Positions 46,289 to 57,524 of a DNA stretch of 64,000 nucleotides are shown here, one piece after another. The stretch comes from Neophaeotheca triangularis (taxonomy: Eukaryota), in assembly GCA_054600435.1 (NCBI GenBank), contig BAAIJX010000006.1, positions 62,001 through 126,000 on the forward strand, read 5' to 3'. Position 1 is the stretch's first letter. Each line of letters begins with the position of its first letter. A program made the translations under genes and the position numbers. The notes under the pieces were generated by a model, which was given only the letters and a program-made list of their open reading frames with translations, was not told the origin of the DNA and did no database searches.

Positions 46289-49130
46289 TCAAACCCTCTC
46301 AACCCCAGTAACCTCCCCACCATCCCTCGCCGCAAACCTCCCCAACGCAAACCTAGCCCTACCCTCCCCAGCAGCAGCGCCACCCTTGCCCCCGACCCCA
46401 GCAAACCCACTAACCAGCCTCGTAACCAACCCCGTCTTACTAACAGGAGAGAACCAAGCATAATCGTCCAGCATGCGACTGCGGCCGACGACATCCCTGA
46501 CGCCGGCGAAAGAGTTGACCTGGCTGGTGGGGAGGTAGATGGCTCGTTCGCTTTTCGCGGGAATGGCTAGGCAGTAGCCGAGAGCGTAGAGGGTCAGGAA
46601 AGCCGAGAGAGCGTGGTAGGCGGGCCCGTGGGAGAAGATGTAGGTTGCTTGGCGGGGCAGGGAGAATTGGGCCCAGAAGCAGCCGGAGGCGAGGACTGGG
46701 AGGGTTGCGGCGATGAGGGTGTTGAGGGTTATGAGGGCCAGGCGGTGGTGGGAGTTGCTGAGGGCTTGGGCCGTGGAGTGGAGGGGGAGGTCGGAGGGGT
46801 AGGAGAGGAGGAGCGAGGTTTCGGCGTTGGCGCCCGGGAGGGTTGCTGAGAGCGTGAAGTAGGGTTTTAGGCGGCGGTGGGCGAGGTCGAGGGGGAGCCA
46901 GAGGAGGAGGCAGAGGAGGGCGAGCAGGGTGGGGAGGAAGCTGTAGAGGAAGTTTGTCGAGGAGAAGCCGGTTGTGGAGACGAAGGGGGGGACGAGGGGG
47001 GTGAAACCGGTCGAGACTTGGGTCGAGGGGAGGTAGGAGACTATTAGGAAGGCGAGGAGGAGGAGTAGGGCGAGGATTGCCCAGAGCAGGGTGCTGGAGA
47101 GGCGTAGGTACCAGGGGAGGATGTTGGTGTGCTCTTCCAGTGAGGAGGTTGTGGTGGGGGTGGCCGTGGAGCGGCGCAGCATTTGGTCGTTGGATTCCCG
47201 GAGCGGCCGCGAGGCTTCAATGTCCATGTCGGGAGAGGAGAAGCGAGAGACGGGGGCGCGGAGGGGTGGGGAAGACGAGCGCTTTTCGCGGATGCGGCCT
47301 TCTTCGATGTCGTACTGGCGAGCCTCTTTGTCCGGGACACCGTAGGTGTGAAAGACTTCAGAGTGGCGGGAAGTGCGCCAGTAGCCTAGTTGGGCTGGTT
47401 CGCGGCGGATGTCGTCGCCATCGAGAGCGTTGCTGCGAGCGAGGAGGCAGATCATGTCGGCGAGACTGCGGGGGTCCCATTTCAGGCCGGTGCGCTGACG
47501 CGAGAACCAAGCCAGGAGAGCGACGCAAGCAACAGCGAGGAGCACGTAGAGACCAATCACCACCCAAATCGCTCCTTGAGTAGCTATCCACCTGAAGCGT
47601 CCAGTGTCAGGCGCTCCAACGAAGTAGACATTGAAGCTGGAGGCGAGCAGCGGGATGGTGAAGAGGTTCAACCAAGCAATGACAAAAAACAGGCCAACGA
47701 CCGGCTGGCGTGCCTTGAAATGTCGCAGCTCCGGCAGGATAAAGCCTGAAGGACACAGAGGCAGGTTCGCTCCATTGTCTCTCGCGTGGGCGTTGTCTGA
47801 AGACATGGCAATGAAGGGCGCAATGCGGTAGACGGCGATTTCGATCTGAAACAGCCAGAGTAGCAAGACCATGCCGAGCAGAGTTGGCAAGTACTCAAAA
47901 ACAAAGTACCGTCCATCGCCAAAGGAACCGTAATCCCAGAGACCCGGAGTGCCAGTGACTGACAAAGCCGCGCAGACGATCAATGCGACAATGTACAGTA
48001 GCAGCAACAGGATGAACACGCCCAGCCAGAGCGGTCGTAGAATGGCCGGTCGAAAGTTCAACTTCGGCCTCGAGGGATCGTCGCCAACGGGTACAAAAAC
48101 AGCGGGTGGCTGCTCAAGCTTCTCTTCCGGCATGCCCTGCTGTCGCAAATTGCCTTTACTGAAAGCGTTGCGTTTGGGGTTCTTTGGCGGAGTCCGAGGT
48201 GGGAAAGTGTTGAAAACATCGCGGTCCCTTTCCAGTAGTGGGTCGTCGGCTTGCGCTTGCGGCTCGTCGTCGTACACGTGCGGAACATTGTAGATGGTTG
48301 GGAATTGGTGGTACTGGTTTTCAGGGTAGACTGGAGATGAGCGTAGTGGGTCGGGCTGGAAGGATTGACGAGGTGCTTGCACACCCCTATACGTGTTGCT
48401 GCCTCGTGGCCCCACCCCGCCATACCGTCTGCTTCCCCTGACCTCTTCGTCTCGAGTGAGCTGATCGATCGCGAAGCGGATATAGGGCATATCGCTCTCG
48501 GCGCCAGGTGTCTGCGGGCTGCCTTCTCGGTCCAATTGTTGCGCTGCCGAGCTGTAACCCCTTATGGTAGGGGAGACAGCGCTTTCATGCTGCTGGTACT
48601 CTTCTGAGCCAGGTACCGGTTTCCTCTTGATACCACCCTCCCTCATCTGCAACGGAGCTGGCACTGCGACAGGAGCAAACTTCTTCGAGCCCTCCAGCGG
48701 GTCCGCTCGCCTCTTGCCCTCGCCCCTCATGGGTGTCCGTCTGAATTCCTCCTGCGAGCGTCGTTGCGGGACATGGTGTTGGGCAAGTTCGGCCTGGGAT
48801 TGCGCTGGCGTCCGATAGCGTTCCGTCGTCGTCCTGTGTCGTCGAAGCGGGTTCGGCGAGCCCGTCGAGGCCACGGCAACCTCGGCGTTCTCTCCTGAGT
48901 AAGTCGACGAGCTGGCTCCGGAGCCTGAAACGGAGTAGTAGTCTTCTGATGCCGTGAAAGATTGTTGCGATTTCTGGTGGTGTATGCTTGGTTGGGAGAC
49001 TGTTTGATGTGTGTTAGTGATCGATGATGCAAACGCAAGCTGTTGATGTGTTGGCAGTGTATATAATAATGTACGTACCGTTTGTGTGCTGGAGAGCAAA
49101 GGGGGGGTTTGGGGCTGTAGGAGAAGTCAT
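46289..49130 (-). CDS. Multi-pass membrane protein, DUF3433-like, with a long disordered N-terminus
   Basis: Exon 1 49130-49079 (MTSPTAPN...), intron 49000-49078. Two hydrophobic modules (NFRPAILRP...YLPT; FLYSFLPT...LDLAHRRLKPY) and TGLKWDPRSLAD. Confidence 0.7.
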
Positions 49131-49894
49131 TGTAGGGAGGGAATGCGAGCAAGAGCACGCACAGTTGCGGAAGAACAATGAAAGAAGGAAACAGAAATGA
49201 AACGAGAGTCATTGTCACAAGGGGGGGATTTGAATACTTGGCCGGGAAATAATACTTGTATAGCAAGTAAATTGTTGTCCAAAAAGCTGGTGGTCGGCGT
49301 GCTACAGCTGATCAGGATGAGCTCCAGCAAAAGGTGGCTGGTCGCGCTGGGGATTTGTGCTGCCACGACGAATTGCGACAGGGCATCAACACTTATACTT
49401 TTCTTCACCTCTGCCCACGCTGGTTCGACTCCACCCTTTTCTGCCGCCATGATTAATCATAAAAAAGAGTCGAGAGTCGACGTCGTCGGACTTGTGAGGT
49501 TCCATCCATGTTGTGTTGTGTCATCTTGTTCTGCTCCTTCTCTCCCGACGTCGGTCGTTGCTGGCCTGGCCTGGCCACTCTCCCAGCACAGACCCACTCT
49601 GTAAACAGTCCGTGCACTCAATGCCAAGTATACCATGACCATCTACTCACTTCCCTTTGTTCATGCAATGCCAGAGTAGAACGAGTAGATGTCTCTAAGT
49701 CTGTCTGTATGAAGCCTATCCCAAGTAATGTACCAACTCAGACAAACACCACGGTAAGCGTTTCATAGTACACATTTCACGAGCCGAGAGAGCAGCACAT
49801 GCATCCAATATGCTATCTCTTCATCCTGTTCGATAAGTATCCCGTCACTCCTGTAACAAATACTTCCACCTCCAACCCCTCAACTCTTCCCCCC

Positions 49895-51613
49895 TTAAGG
49901 ATCCGCATCCGCCAAATCCCTCTTATACCTCTGCACCGCCCTATCCTTGCTCTCCCCAAAATCCACATGCGGCTCCGGATACCCCAACTTCCCAAACTCC
50001 TCGCCACTCAACCGCGCAAAAGGATCAAACACCGCCTTACCCTCCACCCCCTTCAACTCCGGCACCCACTTCCTGATAAAGTCGCCCTCCTTATCACACT
50101 TCTCCGCCTGACTCACAGGATTGAAAACCGTATAACTCGGCTCCCAACCCTGGGTGTTATTGCTCAAATCCCAATCCACAAGGTGCTCGGCAAAATACCT
50201 CTCCCCCTTTCTGTAATCCACGAGCAAATTCGCCCGCAAGTACGACGAAGTGTTCATCCGGCAGCGGTTGTGCATGTAGCCTTCGGTGTTGAGCTGGCGC
50301 ATTCCGGCGTCCACAAAAGGTACCCCGGTCCGGCCTTGGCACCATTTGTACCAGCCTTCTTCGTCGTTTTCCCATTGCACGTTGTCGAATTTGAGGTTCT
50401 GGGGTAGATTCATGGCGTTGTGTGGCGTTATGACCGTCATTTGGCGGTAGAATTCGCGGAAGACGATTTCGCGCACCCAGGCGGCGATGCCGGCGTCGCC
50501 GGAGTCGAAGTGTTTGGACTTGTTGTGTTTGAGGGCTGCGGAGAGGGCTTCGCGGACGGAGATGAGGCCGGAGGAGAAGTAGGCGGAGAGACGCGAGGAG
50601 GGGTCGAGGGCGGGGAAGCTGCGGTCGCGAGCGTAGTTGGCGACTTTGTGCTCGAGGAAGGAGGTGAGGCGGTCGATGCCGGCTTCGTGGCCCGGGGGCC
50701 AGAGAGCGCGGATGCGTTCGCGGTCGTCTTTGCTGGGAAATTGCTTGCTTTCGGGTAGCGAGGGGATTTCGCTTTTGAAGAGGTCTGGGAAGGTTTTGCT
50801 GGCGGTTTTGTCGTTGCCCTCGGGCGCCGGCACGGTGTCTAGGAGACTCGGGTCTTCTTTTGTCACGGCCAGCCATTCTTTGTGGTAGGGCGTGAAGACT
50901 TTCATGGGTCCGCCGGCACCTGTGCGTAGAGCGCCTGGGGTGACTACGGTTTGATCGTGATGGCAGGCAAAGCTCAGGTCTTTCTCCTTTTGCACCAAAT
51001 GTGCTAGCTTGAGGTCCCGGCGCAGCTCATCCACTTCGTACTCGTAATTGGCGTGGATGTGGGAGACGTCGTGTTCCTTTGCGAAGTTGAGGACTGCCTC
51101 GGCCTTCCCCGCGCGTTCCTCCTTGGTAACAATGGCGAGCGGTATGTTCTTCTCCTCGAGCTGCTTCTTGAGGATATGTAGACTTTGCAAGATAAAATCT
51201 GAACGAGCGGCCGAGGTGCCGTGCCATTCCATGTCTCGGGGGGAGAAGAGATACATGGTGATCAGACTGCCTTTGCCCTCTTTAGCCTTTTGCGAGGCGG
51301 CATGGAGGGCGCGGTTGTCTTCTTGTCGAATATCCTTCGATCTGAACCAGTGCAACACGTTACGCGGCTTCGGGTCACTTTTGATCTCATCAAGTGCTTC
51401 GGAGAGGTTGTCGAAGGGAGTGTCGGCGTCAATCTCCTTTGCGCGCTTGGTGGATGGGTGCTTGAGGCCGTCGTCCTCGCTGGCGCTATTGGAGCGCGCG
51501 TGTTTGGACATTTTGATTGCAGCTGTCGAGAAGACGCGATTTGGGCTGCCAAGTCTTGCGGTTGTCGAGAATTGTAATCGGAGCAAAGAACAATTCGCGA
51601 GCAAAGACGACAT
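49895..51613 (-). CDS. Cryptochrome/photolyase family protein, class I CPD photolyase-like but atypical
   Basis: HWFRSKDIRQEDNRAL, VFTPYHKEW, SRLSAYF, REFY, GRTGVPFVDAGMRQL, GYMHNRCRM, VFNP and YPEPHVD. Alternative starts at 51613 and 51511. Confidence 0.9.
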   Translation of the reverse strand: MSSLLANCSLLRLQFSTTARLGSPNRVFSTAAIKMSKHARSNSASEDDGLKHPSTKRAKEIDADTPFDNLSEALDEIKSDPKPRNVLHWFRSKDIRQEDNRALHAASQKAKEGKGSLITMYLFSPRDMEWHGTSAARSDFILQSLHILKKQLEEKNIPLAIVTKEERAGKAEAVLNFAKEHDVSHIHANYEYEVDELRRDLKLAHLVQKEKDLSFACHHDQTVVTPGALRTGAGGPMKVFTPYHKEWLAVTKEDPSLLDTVPAPEGNDKTASKTFPDLFKSEIPSLPESKQFPSKDDRERIRALWPPGHEAGIDRLTSFLEHKVANYARDRSFPALDPSSRLSAYFSSGLISVREALSAALKHNKSKHFDSGDAGIAAWVREIVFREFYRQMTVITPHNAMNLPQNLKFDNVQWENDEEGWYKWCQGRTGVPFVDAGMRQLNTEGYMHNRCRMNTSSYLRANLLVDYRKGERYFAEHLVDWDLSNNTQGWEPSYTVFNPVSQAEKCDKEGDFIRKWVPELKGVEGKAVFDPFARLSGEEFGKLGYPEPHVDFGESKDRAVQRYKRDLADADP

Positions 51614-51615
51614 GC

Positions 51616-51648
<33 letters not shown>
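51616..51648. repeat. (GA)n microsatellite immediately upstream of the photolyase ATG
   Basis: Directly visible. Confidence 0.9.
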
Positions 51649-52172
51649 ATGAGAGAAGAGACGAAACCTCTTACCGTAGACGACCTGCCTAGTCTTACCT
51701 TACCCTCTGAACACGCCGGCGCCAGCAATTCCGCCTACCATCTGCGTCATGCCATTTGTTCGCGTCGCGGTCGTGAAAGTGAATACATCATCGGGGTCGA
51801 GAATAGGTAGATCGGTCGGTACAGGGACCGATCCGATCGCGCTAGAATCTTAGGCGCATCGGAGACTTTCATTGGTCTGTAGGGTAGATACCAGCCACCG
51901 TCCGCATTCGAGCTTTCGAGCATTGAGTCTTCTGCATTCCATTGCCTCTGTCCGATGGCTCCGTGCGAAAATCCCAAACTTTTGGAACTGCGCAAGAACA
52001 TGATATCAAGACCTTGACATGTCTTCACAATTGCAATTTTCGAGTATGAACGGTCCATCACCATCACAGCGTGCCACTACGTCGCATCCTCCCCGTAGCC
52101 TCGCCGCTCCATGACAGAAGACACTGTAGCCTGAAACGCACTGCAAAGCGCTGACACTCCGCCATCAACAGC

Positions 52173-54827
52173 CTACCACCCTCCCAGATTGAACCTATCA
52201 ATCTTTGGCGCCTCGCTCGTAGCAAGACTTACCCCCTCATCACTCACAACACTAACGCCGCCAGCCAGCGGACTACTGAAATCCGCAAACTGCAAGTCTG
52301 GAACCGTAGGCTTCTCTCCCCCAGGCCGTGACGTTGCAGGCGCCTGCACTGGATTTCTGTCGTAGAAACTGTCGTTGCCCGTCGCGGAAGAATCGATACA
52401 CCACACCGGCGGCTGAACCCAGCGCTGGAAGTGTGGACGGCGCGCCTCTTCGGAACCCGAGACGTAGGAAGCTAGGTTCTCTGCCACGGCGAAGAGCATA
52501 CGGGATAGATCCTGGTTGATTTCCTTTGTGCCTTCTTTGCGCTTCCCAGCTGAGGTAGTGCTGGGCCGACCAATGGGACCGAAGTCTGCAAGAGGGAGGT
52601 GCGAGGACGCTTTCCTGCCGTGCAAGATGCGAGACAGGATGTCTTTGTTTCCAATGCTAGATTCGCGCGATGGCTTGTTGCTTTCCATGATGTCTTGGAA
52701 CGCCTGCTCTTGCCTTCCAAACCGGTTGTTGTCAGTCCACCACCCTTTCAAGTCTTCGTGGTAGAGTGCTTTCTTGTCTTCTTCGGATAATGCTTCATCG
52801 AGACTTCGCTGGAGCCAGTCCGACTGTTCTGTGAAGAAAGGGCCACGGAAGTCCTGGATCCTAGGTTTACTGACGCCAGAAAGACCGGGTGGCGTCTGGA
52901 TCTCGTAGCGTGTGACACCTTTGGACTCCCAGTTGGTATCGGGGCTGCTGTTTTTCAGGTAGTCGGAGGAGCTTCCAATAACTTGACTACTTGGGTCTCT
53001 CCTGTGCTGAGGGGCTAAAGTGGGAAAGTAGCCGTCGGAGCGGGGATCGAATGGCGTGGCTGTCGGTAGCATGCTCGAGAGTGCGCTGCTGTTTGATTGA
53101 AGCAGTGGGACATCCGCTTTCTGATCCCCGATCTGCTCCCCCTCTTCCTCTCCTGCCTGACCCGGAAAGGACTCGTACGTGACCGTGCGCGCGATGTTGG
53201 CCTGGCTCAGACTGCGCTCCTTTGCTTTGTCTCCAAGGCCCACGAGGTGTTCTCGCATGGCCGCACGAGATTGCAGGGGCGCGACCGGCTTCGGCAGGGC
53301 AGCAAGAATTGCACTATTCGTCGCTGGTAATGGAGGAGGATCGCTAGCGGGGTGTGGTCGCTCCGTTCCATGGGAGATGTTTCCTCGAGGAGTTTGTGGA
53401 ACTACACGCTGCTGCTGTAGGGTGTTGCCGAAGCTGTTGTAGCGCTGTAGCTGAGGAAGCGTCACGCTGGGCGCCGTATGATTGTACATGCTGTTCGCAA
53501 CCCCCTGACCTTGGTACTGGCCGCCGCCGTAGAACTGGGTTTGGCTTTCTGCGAAGCTGTCTTGATACGACGTTGGAGCTCGAGCAGGATATTGAAAGGT
53601 GAAGTTCATGTTACCATAGCCAGGATACGCCGATGCCGCACCGTAGTGGTTGGCTTGCACTGGTTGTGGTGTCGGAGCGTAAGGGTGGGGACACGTCGGA
53701 TGCGCAGCGTAATAGTTGTCGTAGAAAGGATCCTCTTGACGAGGTCGGTACTGACTCTGAGCATGCTGAGACTGTGTGGCGCTCCATGATTGATCGAAAC
53801 TTGCCCACTGGGAGGCGGTCTTCTGCTGAGACGGCTGGAGCGTGTTGAGCTGCTCTTCCATAGCGCGAGGGGCCGAAGGAAGCGACAATCTCGGCGCGAA
53901 TACAGCTGTTTGTGGCGGCTCCTCGTACTCCGAGGCCCGCGCGTTTAGGGTGCTGACCATTGTCCTTTTTGGAGGGGGTAGATGGGGAGGTGTAGTCTGA
54001 GCGGCGATCCGGAAGTCGGGCATCAAGGCTTGTATCTCCTTGAGACCAAACTGTAGGTCCATGACTTTGGCCTCCCTCTGCTTGGCAAGCGTATGGAAAT
54101 ACGCTAGAGTGTTCTTTTGCAGCGTCAAATCCGCCGTCTCACCCTTCAAGGTATCTCCAGCAAGCTGACCCTCTATCTTCTTGCGGATATTGGAGAAATG
54201 ACCAATATTCTGCCACTGGAATGCGGAAATGGACCACTGGTGAGCAGCAATGTCGCCGTTGGGGTGCTGGAGGAATTGAACCTGGCCTTCTGATGTTCCG
54301 GGAGTCTGTTCAATGAACTCTGGTCCTGGCAGCTCGTTACCAAAGACCTGATGGATCTCACGCTTGTCAAAGGGGGCTTCGACGGTGGCTTGCGTGTGGT
54401 GCGAGCTCGGGTGTTCGTAGGCGTCGAGAGCTGTGTGTTTCTTCTTCTTTCCCGTGATGAGTTGAAAGCCAGCATCGTCGTGTGTGGCCTCCTGAAGCCC
54501 GTTCTCCGAGACGGCAGTGTCGGTGGTGACGGTGGACATCCTGGACATAGGCCGAGAAGATGCGTCGTCGTGTGATGGGGCGCGGAAGACATTGATGCGG
54601 GAGACTGGCACACCTTCTGCGAAATTGTCGGGCGCAACGCTATCGGTGGAGAAGTCGAATGGCTTCCACTGCTTGCCTTTGGCGCGTGCCTGGCGTGGCT
54701 TCTCTGCAGCAGGCGCTGGTGGAGGTGGGCCATTGAGGGCAGCCTCGGCCGCAGCGATTCGCTTGTTCTGGCGCGCTAGCCTGGTCGCGGCCAGCGATTG
54801 CGCACCTGATGCGCCTGGAGTGGCCAT
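52173..54827 (-). CDS. Hypothetical, largely disordered Gln/Pro/Ser-rich protein
   Basis: 884-aa intronless ORF with a compact segment (GQVQFLQHPNGDIAAHQWS...IGHFSNIRKKIEGQL) and two PAM2-like motifs. Confidence 0.7.
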   Translation of the reverse strand: MATPGASGAQSLAATRLARQNKRIAAAEAALNGPPPPAPAAEKPRQARAKGKQWKPFDFSTDSVAPDNFAEGVPVSRINVFRAPSHDDASSRPMSRMSTVTTDTAVSENGLQEATHDDAGFQLITGKKKKHTALDAYEHPSSHHTQATVEAPFDKREIHQVFGNELPGPEFIEQTPGTSEGQVQFLQHPNGDIAAHQWSISAFQWQNIGHFSNIRKKIEGQLAGDTLKGETADLTLQKNTLAYFHTLAKQREAKVMDLQFGLKEIQALMPDFRIAAQTTPPHLPPPKRTMVSTLNARASEYEEPPQTAVFAPRLSLPSAPRAMEEQLNTLQPSQQKTASQWASFDQSWSATQSQHAQSQYRPRQEDPFYDNYYAAHPTCPHPYAPTPQPVQANHYGAASAYPGYGNMNFTFQYPARAPTSYQDSFAESQTQFYGGGQYQGQGVANSMYNHTAPSVTLPQLQRYNSFGNTLQQQRVVPQTPRGNISHGTERPHPASDPPPLPATNSAILAALPKPVAPLQSRAAMREHLVGLGDKAKERSLSQANIARTVTYESFPGQAGEEEGEQIGDQKADVPLLQSNSSALSSMLPTATPFDPRSDGYFPTLAPQHRRDPSSQVIGSSSDYLKNSSPDTNWESKGVTRYEIQTPPGLSGVSKPRIQDFRGPFFTEQSDWLQRSLDEALSEEDKKALYHEDLKGWWTDNNRFGRQEQAFQDIMESNKPSRESSIGNKDILSRILHGRKASSHLPLADFGPIGRPSTTSAGKRKEGTKEINQDLSRMLFAVAENLASYVSGSEEARRPHFQRWVQPPVWCIDSSATGNDSFYDRNPVQAPATSRPGGEKPTVPDLQFADFSSPLAGGVSVVSDEGVSLATSEAPKIDRFNLGGW

Positions 54828-56309
54828 GTTGGAATTCCTTACTTCAGTTGTCTTTTGTCGACGCGAGGCTGGCGGTTTTGATGAGTGTTTTGGGAAATGA
54901 GGGCTATTTGGTCAGCAGGTGCCTGGGTGCCTAGGTAGGCGGCATGCCGGCACGGAGCAGGAACCCCAAAGTACTTACAAAGATACGGATTGCGGCGTGC
55001 CAACGGGTAGACGACTTGCTCGGCCTACACGCCGGGCTGGAGCTGTTGGACTTGGAAGCTCATCGGAAGGTGGCCGTGACGGCATGTGTGCCCGTGCTGA
55101 GGCAACTACAAAAAGCGAGGTGGAGAGGCAGGGAAGACGATGTGTTGGAAAGAAGGGGAGGTGAAAGAAGGGGAGGTAAGGTATTCTTGTACCTTAGCGA
55201 TGCGCGGTAGTGAAGAAGGCGTCTTTCGAGGTGGCAGTGTTGCAAACGCGGGCAGGAAGGGACGTTGCAAGACAAGTGCTGGACGTGGAAAGTACGCTCA
55301 GGGTATTACTGCTTGACCTCACCTCACCTCACCTTACTTCACTTGCCGTAGACAGGTAAGGCTACATATACTTATCCAATTGGTCCCCTTCACTGCGACA
55401 ACAAAGCAGAGCCAGCGTGTCTCACCTCACCAGTCTGTTCTAGAATTGAAGAAGAATGTACTCACCCACCAGTATAGGACCTAGGTATCCCGGATTGGTC
55501 AACCGTCACCACTCGACATTGACCTCCCTCAATCGCCTTTGCACGTACACCCTACGAGCAATGCGAGTCAATGCAGGCGGTTGACATTGCAAGCTTCGTA
55601 TAATGACATAGGTAGCATTCGAAGAGCAATAAGAAGTCCATGAGTGAAGATTCAATGCTCAGACGTACTCAGACTGTGAATGCTTCAAGACTAAGTATCT
55701 TACATACGCAGCTAGATCTGAACAGGTTCCTACCAGGTGATGAAGCCATTGTCGAGTATTAGATACCTAGGTATGGTAGGAGGCGAGATCGAAGTGAAGT
55801 ACACCTGGGCACCCAGAACAGGAGGCAGTGTCTGTGCCTTCCGTCCCAAATTTGGCGTCTGTTCGAAACACGCCAATCAGAGCTTTTCCCAGCCCTCTCC
55901 GCTTACGGATCCCCGACGTTCGTCCTCACCCCGCTCACATCTTTCGTGGAACCTTAAAGTTCTTACAAAGTTCAGGGCGTGAAGTGGATTCCAGGTTGAG
56001 TGGAGAACAAGACTGCCCCGACAACCGCTCGAGGCGAGAGTGCTCCACTACTGACTACCCCCGTCCACAGTAGTGATGATCACCATGTAAGTATTGTTAT
56101 TATTATTGACCGCCCGGGGCTTGCTCTGCTTTCTAATTGCTTCGTCTTCGTCTTGATTGTCACCTTCCATCAAGCGCTGGTGTCACGTTGCCCAAGTTCG
56201 AATCATTTTCACCTTTCCCTTAAGGTTGTCCTTGAGCGTCTTCGTAACTAAGACTCAGTCCTCTTAAAGAAGCCAATACCCACTGAACATACTCACGCTA
56301 AACGCAACA

Positions 56310-57524
56310 ATGCTTTCTACTACCCTACTGAGCCTGGCTGGCACAGCAGCAGCAACAAACCTATTCGTCAGCTCCTACAGCGGTATCGTGACCAGCTTGT
56401 CCTTGACAGCGAGCAACGATACATACCGCCTCAACTCGACTTCTGAGAGCCCGGAATGCGGACCAAGCCCCAGCTGGCTGACTATTGACTCAAACCGTGG
56501 GCTTCTTTTCTGCTTGAACGAAGGACTCACTACTCCGAACGGCTCCCTGAGCTCCTTCACCATCAATGCTGACGGTAGCCTTGACCATGTACAAAATACG
56601 ACTACAATCTCGGGCCCAGTGAGCGGTCAAATCTACGGCGCAGCAGCCGGCCGCCGCGCAATCGCCCTCGCCCATTACAGCGGCTCAGCCGTCTCCTCCT
56701 GGCTCCTTGACGGTGGCGGCCGCTTCACCCTCAACCAGAACATCCCCTACACGCTTGACGAGCCCGGTCCCAACGCTGACCGCCAAGACGCTCCTCACGA
56801 GCACCAAGCCATCCTCGACCCAACGGGGCAGTACATCCTCGTCCCCGATCTCGCGGCAGACCTTGTTCGCGTCCTGGCCATCGACCCGCAGACCCTCGAA
56901 CTCACGCCCACAAAACCCCTCCAAGCACCACCCGGCTCCGGTCCCCGCCACGGCGTCTTCTACAACCCCTACAGCGTCGCATGCGAATCCTGCACCACCT
57001 TCTTCTATCTCGTAACCGAGCTTGGCTCCACAGTAGAAGGCTACCACATCACCTACCTCCCCAACCGCGGCGGTCTAGCCTTTGAAAACGTCTACAGCAG
57101 CAACACGCGCGGCCTTTTCAACACGGACCGCATCAACGCGCCCGCGGAAATCCAAATCTCTCCCGACAACCGCTTCCTGACAATTTCCAACCGCAACGAC
57201 ACTTCCTTCTCCCTTCCCAACCCCGCTCCGGGCAACGGCACTCTCATCCCCTCGGATTCCCTGAGTACTTTCCAGCTCAGCAAAACCGGGGAGCTGAGTT
57301 TCGTGCAACTTTGGCCCGCTGGCGGCAGGTTTCCCAGACATTTCAGCATGAATGCTGTGGGTGACTTGGTCGCTGTGGGTTTGCAGAATGATGGAGTTGT
57401 GAGGATTTTGGGGAGGGATGTCGCGACGGGGTTGATTGGGGAGCCGGTTGCGAGTTTGGCTATTGAGGGTGAGGTTAGTGCTGTGGTGTGGGACGATGGG
57501 TTTGGCAGGTTGGGAGGGGAGTAG
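56310..57524 (+). CDS. Secreted lactonase-family 7-bladed beta-propeller (6-phosphogluconolactonase / muconate cycloisomerase-like)
   Basis: Signal peptide, PSPSWL, RQDAPHEHQAILDPTG, VPDLAADLVRV, GSGPRHGVF, ISPDNRFL and GGRFPRHFS. Confidence 0.85.
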   Translation: MLSTTLLSLAGTAAATNLFVSSYSGIVTSLSLTASNDTYRLNSTSESPECGPSPSWLTIDSNRGLLFCLNEGLTTPNGSLSSFTINADGSLDHVQNTTTISGPVSGQIYGAAAGRRAIALAHYSGSAVSSWLLDGGGRFTLNQNIPYTLDEPGPNADRQDAPHEHQAILDPTGQYILVPDLAADLVRVLAIDPQTLELTPTKPLQAPPGSGPRHGVFYNPYSVACESCTTFFYLVTELGSTVEGYHITYLPNRGGLAFENVYSSNTRGLFNTDRINAPAEIQISPDNRFLTISNRNDTSFSLPNPAPGNGTLIPSDSLSTFQLSKTGELSFVQLWPAGGRFPRHFSMNAVGDLVAVGLQNDGVVRILGRDVATGLIGEPVASLAIEGEVSAVVWDDGFGRLGGE

